Source: Octopus vulgaris | Lineage: Eukaryota | Direction: 5' to 3' | DNA: 64,000 bases | NCBI GenBank assembly: GCA_951406725.2 | Contig: OX597818.1 | Location: forward strand, 85,498,001 to 85,562,000 | Shown here: positions 53,057-64,000 of the stretch, piece by piece | How positions within the stretch are numbered: the first letter of the stretch is position 1 | Layout of the letters: each line of letters opens with the position of its first letter | The notes under the pieces: model-generated | What the model saw: only the letters and a program-made list of their open reading frames with translations | Databases searched by the model: none | What the model was told of the DNA's origin: nothing | Made by a program: the position numbers and the translations under genes

Positions 53057-53775
53057 AGGCATGGTTGTGTGGTTAAGAAGCTTGCTTCCCAACTATGTGA
53101 TTTCATGTTCAGTCTGACTGCGTGACCACTTGGGCAAGATGTTTTTCTACAATAGTCCGAGGCTGGCCAACTGAAGCCTTGTGAGTGGATTTGGTAGACA
53201 AAAAGTGAAAGAAGCCCATCATGGTGACCTCACTGATGCTGGTGCTACATAAAAAGTACCCAATCCACTCTGTAAAGTGGGTCACGTTAGGAAGGGCATC
53301 TTGCTGTAAAAGCCATGTCAAAGCAGACAGGTTTACGAGCCCCCGTCAAACTGTCCAACCCATTATTCCAGCATGGAAGACAGACATTAAATGATGATGA
53401 TGTTGATGTGTGTGTGTTGGTTCAGGCATGGCTGTGTGGTTAAAATGTTTACTTTATAACCACCTGGTTTTGAGTTCAGTCCCACTGTACAGTATATTGT
53501 ATGAGTGTCTTGTATTACAGCTCCAAGCTTACCAATGCCTTATGAATGAATATTGTACTTAGAAACTGTATAGAAGCTTGTCATATGTATGTGTGTTTGT
53601 GTTTGGCAAGTGGTGTTGGTTTGTTTACATCCTTGTAACTTAGCAGTTCAGCAAAACGGGCCAATAGAATATGTACCAGATTCAAAAATTAATAACTGGA
53701 GTTGATTTGTTTGACTAAACCCTTTAAGGCAGCGCCACAGCCTGGCCACAGTCCAGTAACTGAAACCAGTAAAAG
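53057..53775 (+). mobile_element. SINE cluster (A 5' half, C 3' part, A full)
   Basis: Diagnostic motifs. Confidence 0.75.
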
Positions 53776-54421
53776 ATGGGGGGGGGGGATGTAGAGGGAG
53801 AGGGAAAAGGAGTGCAAAGGTTTTGATTGATGGCTAAACTAAAGCTCATTCCTCAGCCTGCCATAAAATACTCTATGTTGCTGTACATAATGGAATTTGG
53901 ACCTTGAAAAAAATCATCCTCAAACCAGGGGGCATCTCAGACATTGAGTACAAATTCCAAACCTTAACATGCTGAGGTTTAGAGTGTCACTACTGTGTTG
54001 CAATCCTATTAAGAGTCCCACCATTGAAACAAGATAGAGTTTATAATTTAAAAAAAAAACACATGCAGTCTACTTCATCAATGCCTATTAAAACATGCTA
54101 CTGGTTAAAACACCTTGTAATAAGGACAGTGTTCCAACAGTCACAGAGGTGTCGAATTCTGTCTCATGCTCCTTCCAGCCACTGCATCAAGTGTGAATAA
54201 TTGCCAGGTAGTCTTATACAGTGAGTAGAGCTCAAAGCATGAGTAGAGCTTAAACAGAAATTCCAGGGTTGTTTTATATACTCTGTTAGATTATACACTG
54301 GCTGATTCAGTATGCTGTACCTTGTAAATAAAAATAAATATGGTTTCTATTTTAAGTATATTTGTTATATTACCTTTAAATGTTCTGTTTAATATATATG
54401 TAACTTTTCATGTAATATTTA

Positions 54422-54465
54422 TCTAATTTATTTTCTTTTTGTTTTGTTTCTCTTTTCAGGTAAGT
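54422..54465 (+). other. Candidate recursive splice (ratchet) site: branch point + polypyrimidine tract + CAG|GTAAGT
   Basis: TCTAAT at 54422-54427; 26-nt tract 54431-54456 with only 2 purines; CAG 54457-54459 immediately followed by GTAAGT 54460-54465. No AG occurs between 54357 and 54457. Confidence 0.65.
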
Positions 54466-54669
54466 TATGCCATTCTTGAACATTTTAACCTTCCAAAAGT
54501 TCTTGGTAATGTGAAGAAACATTTTCTTTCTCTTTATCTTATTGTTTTCTTCTCTTTCTCCTATCTTTGATAATATTACATGCTGTGATAGGAATGTTAT
54601 TATTTAGCTCCAGGCTAGCTCTGATTCAGCAGACCCACTAGGATCAAATACATTCCAGCTGAGTCTCCC

Positions 54670-54732
<63 letters not shown>

Positions 54733-55093
54733 CCTTCCTTCCTTTGCTCTCCCTCCCCTCTCTCTCCATCTCTCTTTATGGTGGGGGTTTTTTTTCAAGA
54801 TGCTGAAATGTCATTTGAAGATTTGACTGCTATTTCTCACAGCTTGCACTATCACATTAAACAGTCTTGGGCAAAACTGCAGCTCATAGTTTTTGAATTG
54901 TGCCCCAGCAAAAAAGAATAATAACTTTGAAATTGTTTTAGAAGTACAGCCTACTGGAGACAAGCCATGTCTTATGTGGCCTGCTTTTGAAAACGGTCAC
55001 TCATACCTGTCAAAGAAGTTGTGTTATGGTTATTATTGGGATTGGTGGAGTAGTAGAAATGGTAGAATTCTGGTTGAAGTACCTTTGCAATAT

Positions 55094-55446
55094 TTAGCCC
55101 TTTTGATACCAACCCATCTGAGACTGCCTCTGGTTCTATGATATAAACTTACTGTTTTAAATTAAAATCTTCCATCAAAATTTCATGTTAATTTGTGTTC
55201 TACTACCAGCAATAATGATAGTAATTCCAGTGAAATCTTCATTGTCTTCAAAATTAATTGAAACAAAGACAGTGTATTTCAAAAGAAATATGATAACTGA
55301 AGGGTTAAAGTGATCTAAATTAAAATCTGTCAAAATTTCATGTTATGTTCAAAATTTCGGCTTAATAGTGACAAAGTTATTTCGCTGAAGTCTTCATTAT
55401 TTTTAAAGGCAGTGTATTTTCAACAGATACATAGCAAAAGGGTTCA
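55094..55446 (+). mobile_element. piggyBac-like MITE, one full plus one short unit
   Basis: TTAGCCCTTTTGATACC...GAAGGGTTAA(55308)-AGTGATCTAAATT...AAAAGGGTTCA. It has the same junction as the 41157 array. Confidence 0.8.
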
Positions 55447-56699
55447 AGTTATTTAAATAAAAATCTTCCACAGGGAAATATTAACTTATATGGAAATAGG
55501 TGAAGGCTGGTGACAGGAACAGCATCCAGCCATAAAAAATCTGCCTCAACAAATTCTGTCTGACCCAAAGCAATGCCCCAGTATGGCCACAGTACAATGA
55601 CTGAAATGAGTAAAAGATGAAACATAAAGATAAACATGTATAGATAGATATACATGGGAGCAAGAAGGGTTAGCAAGATGGTTGCTTTGGAAACCAAATA
55701 GTCTCGTCATAATGCAAATAAAGAAAAGTGTGTGTGTGTGTGTGTATTTGCATTAGTTTATCTTGAATGTTGACTCTTGCTCTTAAGCCTCATGTTCAAA
55801 ACTATCACCTGCATGAGAATATCCCATGATGCACCCAAGGCACACACCTACTCCTTTCCCTGATCACTCTAACTTATTTTCATTTATTTTCTCCTCAACA
55901 CTTACATTTCTCTCCCCCTTCACACACCCATGCACTCTCATAACCATTGATTCCACACCTTTCCCTCCTTGCCCATCACCCCCTCCATTTACTCAAGTTA
56001 TAAGTTGCTGATATCCCATTCATATATTTTAATTGCCTATTTCCGACATGACAATGCTTTCCAAGCTCTCTCCACGAGAAATTCATAGGAGCAAAGTTTG
56101 TTCAGCTGATTGGTGGATTTACTGGTCATATTATTATCCGGCAGCCATATTCGTCTCTCCACATCCTCTTCCCCAACCACCCTCACTACACCCCACCTCA
56201 TTCCCACTGTTAACAACCTCTATCTTGCTTTTCCTGTTTAGCTCAAACTTCACATTCTTTCCTGTATGTAGGTAGACAAATCAAGTTCCGAACAGCTCCT
56301 GATACTTTTGCTGTTTGTTTTCTGTGTCTTGAGTTTCCTCATGTTTGTAACACGAGCGATTGTGTATATTTTAGCCATTTCCATCAGCACGCCATTAATA
56401 ATGCCACAGATTTTAGTGCCATCAAGAACCACTGCCTTCACTTTTTAATGCCATTGTCGTCATCGTCACAATGGCATTATTGTCATCATACCCTTATTGC
56501 CATCATCATCATCATCTTCTTCACCAAATCCTTATCCTCTCTCCAGCAGTCCACTTCTTATATCCTGGCAAAATACTTTTGCAACTTGAACATTTGACAC
56601 TACCAACACCTTTAATACTATTACTGCTTTCAATACCTGCACTACTACAACCACTACTACCACTACTTTCATTCTCATCAACACTACTACTACTACTAC

Positions 56700-56732
<33 letters not shown>

Positions 56733-56742
56733 TAATAATAAT

Positions 56743-57752
56743 GGTTTCAAATTTTGGCACAAGGTCAGCAACTTAAGGGGAGGGGGCAAGCTGATTACAT
56801 CAACCCCAGTCTTCAACTGGTACATAATTTATCATCCTCAATAGAATAAAAGGCAAATTTGAACTCAGAATGTGACTGGCATGCTAATGGTCCTGCCAGA
56901 TTGCTGTAGTAATAAAATTGATCCTTTCTACTATAGGCACAAGGCCTGAAGGAATATTTAGTCGACTACATCGACCCCAGTGCATAACTGGTACTTAATT
57001 TATCGACCTTGGATAGATGAAAGGCAAAGTTGACCTCAGCAACAGTAATAATAATAATAGTAATTCTAATTTTGGCACAAGGCCAGAATTTTTGTGGGAG
57101 TTTGGTCCAGTGGTTCCCAAAGTGGGCAGTACTGCCTCCTTGGTGGACGGGGGAAGATCCAGTGGGGCGTTGAAGTGGAATGATAATGGAGTGGCCAAAA
57201 TGGGATGAAAGATGTAAAAAAAATATGTAGTTTAATTAAGTTTAAGTTTTATTTGTCAAATACAGTAGTTTTGAATTTGCTGCAGAAAGTGGTCTATATT
57301 TGTGGTGAGGAGGGTGAGGGAGCATTAGGAATGTGGCCTGGGTTCCAAGGGGGTGGCAGCCTGAAAGAGTTTGGGAACCATTGGTCTAGTTAATTGCATA
57401 AACCCTAGCGTTCAACTGGTGCTCATTTTATTGGCTCCCCAGAGGATGAAAGGTTAAGAAATGTCTGTAAGCATTTTGCCTAGCAGGTTAATGATTTCTG
57501 CCAGCTTACCATCCTACTATTATTATTTACTACTACTACTATACTACTACGAATAATCCCTTCTTCATTTGGCACAAGGCCAGAAAAATTTGAGGGATGG
57601 GGAAGTTGATTGCATCAAAACCTCAGCTGGTTCTTATTTTACCACCGAAAAGATGAAAAGCAAAATTGTCCTCAGCAGCATTTGAACTCAGAACATAAAA
57701 TACCACTTAGCATTTTGTCCTGCATAGTTAGAATTCTGCTAGTTCACCACCT
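56743..57752 (-). mobile_element. Array of SINE family B copies, minus orientation
   Basis: Repeated TTTGGCACAAGGCC, ACTGGTAC and AGCATTTTG motifs. Confidence 0.75.
57108..57383. mobile_element. hAT (Charlie-like) MITE nested in a SINE
   Basis: TIRs CAGTGGTTCCCAAA / TTTGGGAACCATTG. The 8-bp flanks GTTTGGTC / GTCTAGTT look like a diverged TSD of the NTCTAGAN type. Confidence 0.8.
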
Positions 57753-58785
57753 TACTACCACTACTACTAATACTAAGAATAGTAATGAAAATACAGGCAC
57801 AGCATTGATTTTCCAGAAACTTTGGTTCCAAGATCTTTCCAAGTTACTGATTTTTCTAAACCAGGGGTGATGACCTTGGTTGACACACTCTGAATTAGAT
57901 ACTAGATTTACTTGGAAAATACAATTAAAAACAGATAACTGAACATTAGTATAAATGATACAAGTTTATTAATACTGTACAGTGCAAAGTGCCAGTAAAG
58001 TAGTTAGGTGGTTGTGGGAATTTAAAGTTCCTGCTCGTTAATTAGTGTGAATTATAAGAGGTTCTGGGATCATCAGTGTCCAGAAAGTCAAACTACATCT
58101 GTTATTGCCACCACTACTATTACAACTACTATCATCTATATTCCTATTACTAATATATCTGCCATCACTACTACTACTGCTTTCACTATCATCACCACTA
58201 CTACTATTACTACTACATCTACTACTTTCAATAACCATCACCACCAACACTGTTTCCTGTGCCACTTGCTTTCCAGTCCAAAATATTTTTGTGCCATATT
58301 TTTTAAAGACTCAACTCATTCCCCTCCAAATACAAGTAATGCAACAACAACAACAACTAGTAGTACCACAATAAAACTTACTACACCACACACAGGCTGT
58401 GAATCCTGGGATTGGAACGTTGTTTGGATAAGGAACCTTATTTTGGTAATTCTGTGAAGTTTACCCTGTCACAACCCCTTTCCTCCTCCGCACATTTACA
58501 GCTGTTTAGTTACACTAGGAGGGCGCGAGAAGTTTGCTATTAGCCATCTTACTCACACATGCTCTCGTGTTCGGATGCACCTGTGTTCTCTCGCTTTCTC
58601 TGCCTCTCTCTCAGACATACACAGGATATTCCCAAAAATGTGTTTGAGGAATGAAGGGAACTATTTGTTTTGTTGTTAGCCACTTCAAGTGAGGATAGCT
58701 TGAGATATTTGGGATTTATTCATCATTTTGTGTCTGGCATAATGAAATTTTTTTTTTTATGTTTTCTCTTGTGTTATTGATATCC

Positions 58786-58832
<47 letters not shown>

Positions 58833-58833
<1 letters not shown>

Positions 58834-59220
58834 GGCATAGTCATGGCTGTGTGGTAAGAAGCTAGCTTTCTTCCCAACAACTTGGATCTGGGTTCAGTCC
58901 CACTGCATGGCACCTTGGGCAAGTGTCTGCTACTATAGCCTCAGGCCAGCCAGAGCCTTGTGAGTGGATGTGGTAGATGGAAACTGAAAGAAGCCTGCCA
59001 TATGTATATATATTATTATTATTGTTGTTGTTAAGGTAGTGAGCCTGACAGAATTGTTAGTACATTGGAAAAAATTAGTGGCATTTTTGCAAGCTCTTTA
59101 CCTTCTGAGATACTTTTCAGACTCAGTAAAATAAAGTACCAGTCAAGTACTGGGGTTGATGCAATCATCTACAACCACTCTCAAAAATTGAGGCCTTGTG
59201 CCTATAGAAGAAAGGATTAT
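58833..59220 (+). mobile_element. SINE family A 5' half followed by family B copy
   Basis: Diagnostic motifs. Confidence 0.8.
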
Positions 59221-59370
59221 TATTATTATTTTTGTTCTTTCAATTTTGTTTCCATTTCTTGCTGAGTGTCTTCCTGACATCTAGGGCAATGTAACTCACT
59301 GTATACATTGGTAAGCCATTAAAAAAACACACCAGATTGTTTATTTACAAGGTCTAGTTCTGTAATAGAA

Positions 59371-59414
<44 letters not shown>

Positions 59415-61904
59415 TATTATTACTATTATTATTATCATCATTATTCTGACAGAATCAGTAAGAAAGTTATTTGGTTGATATTAACATAGTAATAGCAGCT
59501 GAATATCTTTCCTGTCCTTACCAAAGAAAATATTCAGACTTTTTTTTTATTTTTTACTGTTTATTTGTTTGATAAAAAAATATTTTTCTCATTTTATTTC
59601 TCTTTCCAAATTTCACTTTATGGTACCTCTCTTCATATATTTTAAAATGTTCTAATTATTTCTTAATAGAATATAGTTTACATGAAACATTGGCTCATAT
59701 ATATATAAACATTTTAAATATATATTTTTTTTATGCCAAAACATTGTAAGATATAAGAACTGATACAAGTTGATGATTTGTATACCAATATTTTGGGGTT
59801 AGGATCCTTCTTTAGGAAATCTTCAGAAATATTGAAATATAAGTTAATAGTGTAAAGCATTGAATTCTGTTATTTATTATAATTTGCATTGTTTTGGCTT
59901 TATAAAAAAAAATTTTAAAGCATTTATTTTCTAATATTTCATTTTCTTTATCAAAAATGTCATTTAGTACCCTTCTTTAATTTTTTTTTTATATCTACCC
60001 ACCCCCAGTGAAAGAAAAATGCAAATATTTGACAATTTTGAAAATTATTTCTGCCTTCAATTTAAACAAATTTTTTTCTATTTATTATGTGCATTATTTA
60101 CTCCTCTTGTCATCCGTTGTTTTTTTTTTTATTACCTTTTTTTTCAACAAGAAATATAGAATTCAACCATTGAACATCTGCTGTGCTAAAGAAAAATGCC
60201 AGTTGCGTAAAATATTTGTTTTGTATAACAAAACAAATATTTTAAGTAACTAGCATTCTTCATTCAGTTTGCTGTTTTTTCTCTATGGGATCACTGACTA
60301 TACTCTACTCACTGCACATCTTTTTCTAGTGTCCCCTTCTGCATACAGATCAGAATGTTAATGTCATCATAATCATGATTTCTTTCTCCCTTTTTGTCAC
60401 TCTTGTGTCAGCCCAAGGTTGAGATATTTAAGATCACTGATGACATACATATCCCTTGTGTATTTCCCAGTACATTTCTAAAGGCAGGAACCAATCATCA
60501 TCCACCTGGGATTTCAACTTTCTTGGCATTCTTTCTTTACTAATTTACTCACTGCTAGTAAAACCAGCTTATTTAGTTCTTTCTCCTTAAAAAGTTCAAA
60601 GTGACCTTTTAATACTCTGAGAAGATTTTTATTCTTGCTGGGAATTTTTAACAGTGTCATGATCTTGCTAATCATGGCACTATCACTTTAACCCATTTTT
60701 AACTTTATATATATATATATGCTGTAATACAATGCTTTTATTTCAAATGATTTTTAAAATAATGAAGAATTTAGTAAAATAACTGAGGTTATTAAGCTAG
60801 TGTTATGAACATAAATTATGAAATTTTTGAAGGCGGTTTTAATTTATATAACTTTAACACTTTTGTTATATTTTTGTTGAAATCCACTGAAGCAACATTA
60901 ACCGGAGTGTTTTGCTCAAGAAAGCAATGCATTTCCTAGTTCTGGAATTGAGACCACAATCTTGTGAACATAGGTGCAACACCCTAAACTACTAGGGCAC
61001 ATACCTTCACGTATATTGTGTGACAAGAAGTAATTTCCTCATAATATCTTTGTCTGTTGTAGTAGTTTAATTCACATAGGACCCCACTTAAGAAGTTCCT
61101 CAAGATCACATACACGAGGTTGCTATGACAAATATGTATGTATGTATGTTCCTACATCATACTCCTTTTCTATTTGAAGAGCTAGTGAAGTGTTAGTTCT
61201 GTGAGATTATGACAAGATATTCATTTTCTAATGTTTGTCAACCAACTTGTGTTATTGAGTAGAAATAGTGTGGGTTTCAAGCTCTGTCTGTCTGTCTGTC
61301 TGTATGTATGTATGTGTATCTAATAATTGAATTTTTAAGTTGATTTTAATTATGTTTTTCCTAATTAGAGCTAACATTCCATTACCACTTTCAATAACAG
61401 CTGCACCACTATCCATCATCACCATCAATACTGCTACTATCGTATTACCACTACCTCCACCACCACCACCACTAATATAAAACCACATAAGAATCCGTAG
61501 TTTATTTCAGAGAGTGGTTGGTTACATTGTTTGTGTGAATGATGCTGCTGTCATTGTGACTTCTGGTTTAATTAGGGAAACCAATTGACAACTTAGGCCA
61601 AACACTGCAAAGAGCATTCATTAGAAGCAGGGCTTGGAAACTGGAGAAATGGAGATTACATAGAAGAGAAAGAAAATACTGGAAGATGTGTAGGATAAAT
61701 GTTGATGGTTGTGATTAATAGGTGCAAAGGATAAAATGCATAACAATAAGTGTTTTACCACCTATGTGAGTATAGATATATGTATGTAGGACATATATAT
61801 ATATATCAACAGGATGTGTTATAATACTATTCTACGTATACTAAAACAGTCATACCAATAATCCAAGATACCTCCATCTTCAACTGCCCTATATATATAT
61901 ATAT

Positions 61905-62028
61905 CATCATCATCATCGTTTAACGTCCGTTCTCCATGCTAGCATGGGTTGGACGGTTCGACCGGGGATCTGGGAAGCCAGAAGGCTGCACCAGGCTCCA
62001 GTCTGATCTGGCAGTGTTTCTACAGCTG
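61905..62028 (-). mobile_element. Young SINE family C 3' fragment inserted in (TA)n
   Basis: Near-identical reverse complement of ~40417-40545, flanked by (TA)n on both sides. Confidence 0.85.
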
Positions 62029-62040
62029 AATATATATATA

Positions 62041-62222
62041 CAGTAATCCCTCACCATATCACGGTTCACCTATCGCACACTCAATACATCATGGATTTTT
62101 GTGGCTATATATACAAATTCATATCGCTGACTCCTCAGTATATCCAGGTTTCTGTGACCGATTAGTATTTATATTTTTTTAGATTTTGATTATATTTGTG
62201 GGAGGTTTGGGAACATAGCACT
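62041..62222 (+). mobile_element. Tigger/pogo-like DNA transposon terminal fragment
   Basis: TA|CAGTAATCCCTCACCATATCACGGTTCACCTATCGC resembles Tigger-type TIRs. No matching right end is seen. Confidence 0.5.
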
Positions 62223-63086
62223 CACAATAGTCAAAGGATTACTGCATATGTATTATGTATGTTTAAAAGTATGCTTTTGTGTGCATATATGTATATGTGT
62301 GTGTGAACATGTATATTATAAATGAATGTGTATGGATCTTCTAACCCATGCCAGAAGGAAGACAGAGGTAAAACATGTATATGTATGTGTGAGTGTGTGT
62401 CATCATTTAACATCCACTCTACAAGCCGGCATAGGTTGGACACTTTGACTGAATGTAATGAGTTAGAGTAGTAGTAGTAGTAGTAGTAGTATGGGGGACT
62501 GCACTGTAACTGTGCGTCACTGCATTCACCATTTGTTGATGATTCCCTACTCATGGCAGATGACATCTTTGCAACATTCAGGCAACAACACCCCAACCCT
62601 ATCATCTTTTTGGGTAGTCATTACTAGTGAGGGTTTTATAGGTCAGGGTGCAAATCTTACCTTAACCTCTTTTAGTTACCTTTCATGATGCGCAGGGTAA
62701 ACATTTGGTCTATTTGTTGGCATATCAGTCCCCACACAGCACAGTTAGAGGACAGTTTCAGCATGGTTTCTGTGACTGAATGCCCTTCTTACTGCCAACC
62801 ATCACACACACTCACACACACAGACATTAGGATTCCATTCAGTGTCTGTCTATCAAAAATTCACTCATGAGATATTGGTTGACCAGGGGCTGTAATAAGA
62901 GACATTTGCTTAAAGTGTTGTACTGTGGGACTGAACTTAAATCCACATGACTGCAAAGCAGGCTTTTTAACCACACGGCCATGCCTACATGTGTGTCTGT
63001 GTGTGTGTGTGTGTGTGTGTAGAGGGGGAGAGAGAGAGAGAATACATCTCTATATAAATACAATATACAAAGATGTATAAACAGAA

Positions 63087-63277
63087 TGCATACATACACA
63101 CACACACATATACATATATAAATATATATATATGTATGTATGTATATATGTATGTATATGTATGTATGTATGTATATGAATGTATATATATATGTATGTA
63201 TGTATATGTATGTATATATGTATGTATGTATATGTATGTATATATGTATGTATATATGTATGTGTGTGTGTGTATAT
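63087..63277. repeat. (TATG)n/(TA)n/(TG)n microsatellite
   Basis: Directly visible. Confidence 0.95.
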
Positions 63278-64000
63278 AATGGATATATGCTTAGCTTAAT
63301 ACAAGAGAGAGATTATATGTAGATATATGACAATCCCTAGATCTTATATTTTTATTCATTGGCACATGCATATTGACACACACATAGACATACACATAGA
63401 TAGCTAGATAAATATGTACATTGGTATAAATAAAAATATATAGTAGGTGATATGGATATAAATTGATGTAAACAGATAAAGAGGATAGATAAGCAGACAT
63501 AGATAAATAGCTCCAGTAACAGAGAGAGAAGGAAGGGACAATAAAGAGTTACTTATAAAGGGAGAGAAATAGGGAGAGAAAAAGGGCTAGTGATGTTTAA
63601 TCTCTCCCATTGCTTAAATTTCCCAAGCTGCTGTATGTTTGGCATGATAAAAGCTTCAATGTTTTATTCCCTGTAGTTGTCTGTGTGTATGTTTGTGGTA
63701 GAGCTGTATTTGGCCACAGAATATTTAGCTGCTTATTTGTTTTGTGTGTGAGAGAATCTGCATGCAGGCATGCATGTGTGTGCATATGTTCTTTTATTCC
63801 ACAAAATTGCAAATGCCAAAAATCATTTGCACATACATATATACGTGTGTGTTTGTGAGTGTGTGTGCACAGACATACATTTAGATATGCATGCATGCAT
63901 GATGTGTGCATCTGCATGATTGCACAAATTGACTTGCATATTTATGTTCATTGTGCAGTATTTTATATAAGATGTACATGATAGAATCATTGGAAATATT

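Overview
AT-rich eukaryotic (animal) non-coding DNA with no credible intact protein-coding gene. The ORF track consists almost entirely of microsatellite translations, (TA)n, (TG)n, (CT)n, (ATT)n and (TAG/CAG)n, plus fragments of decayed LINEs. The repeat content matches what I recognise from Octopus (coleoid cephalopod) genomes; this assignment is inference from recall, not from a search. That content comprises a CORE-like tRNA SINE with an internal (TA)/(TG) microsatellite, a second tRNA SINE with a Meta-like domain and (ATT)n tails, RTE-tailed SINEs, RTE and Tx1/L1 LINE relics, piggyBac-, hAT- and TcMar-type MITEs, and Penelope-type fragments. The window is probably part of a very long intron or an intergenic region. 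The most interesting signals are: (1) a textbook + strand recursive-splice (ratchet) site at 54457-54465, with a branch point, a ~100-nt AG-free zone, a polypyrimidine tract, CAG|GTAAGT and a cryptic donor 46 nt downstream; (2) minimal, dimer-type hammerhead ribozyme motifs at 18003-18037 (+) and 12041-12079 (-); (3) long fold-back hairpins at 47008-47139 and 48252-48460; and (4) a TTAA-to-TTAA tandem amplification of a piggyBac-like MITE at 41157-42773. Most repeat boundaries are approximate.
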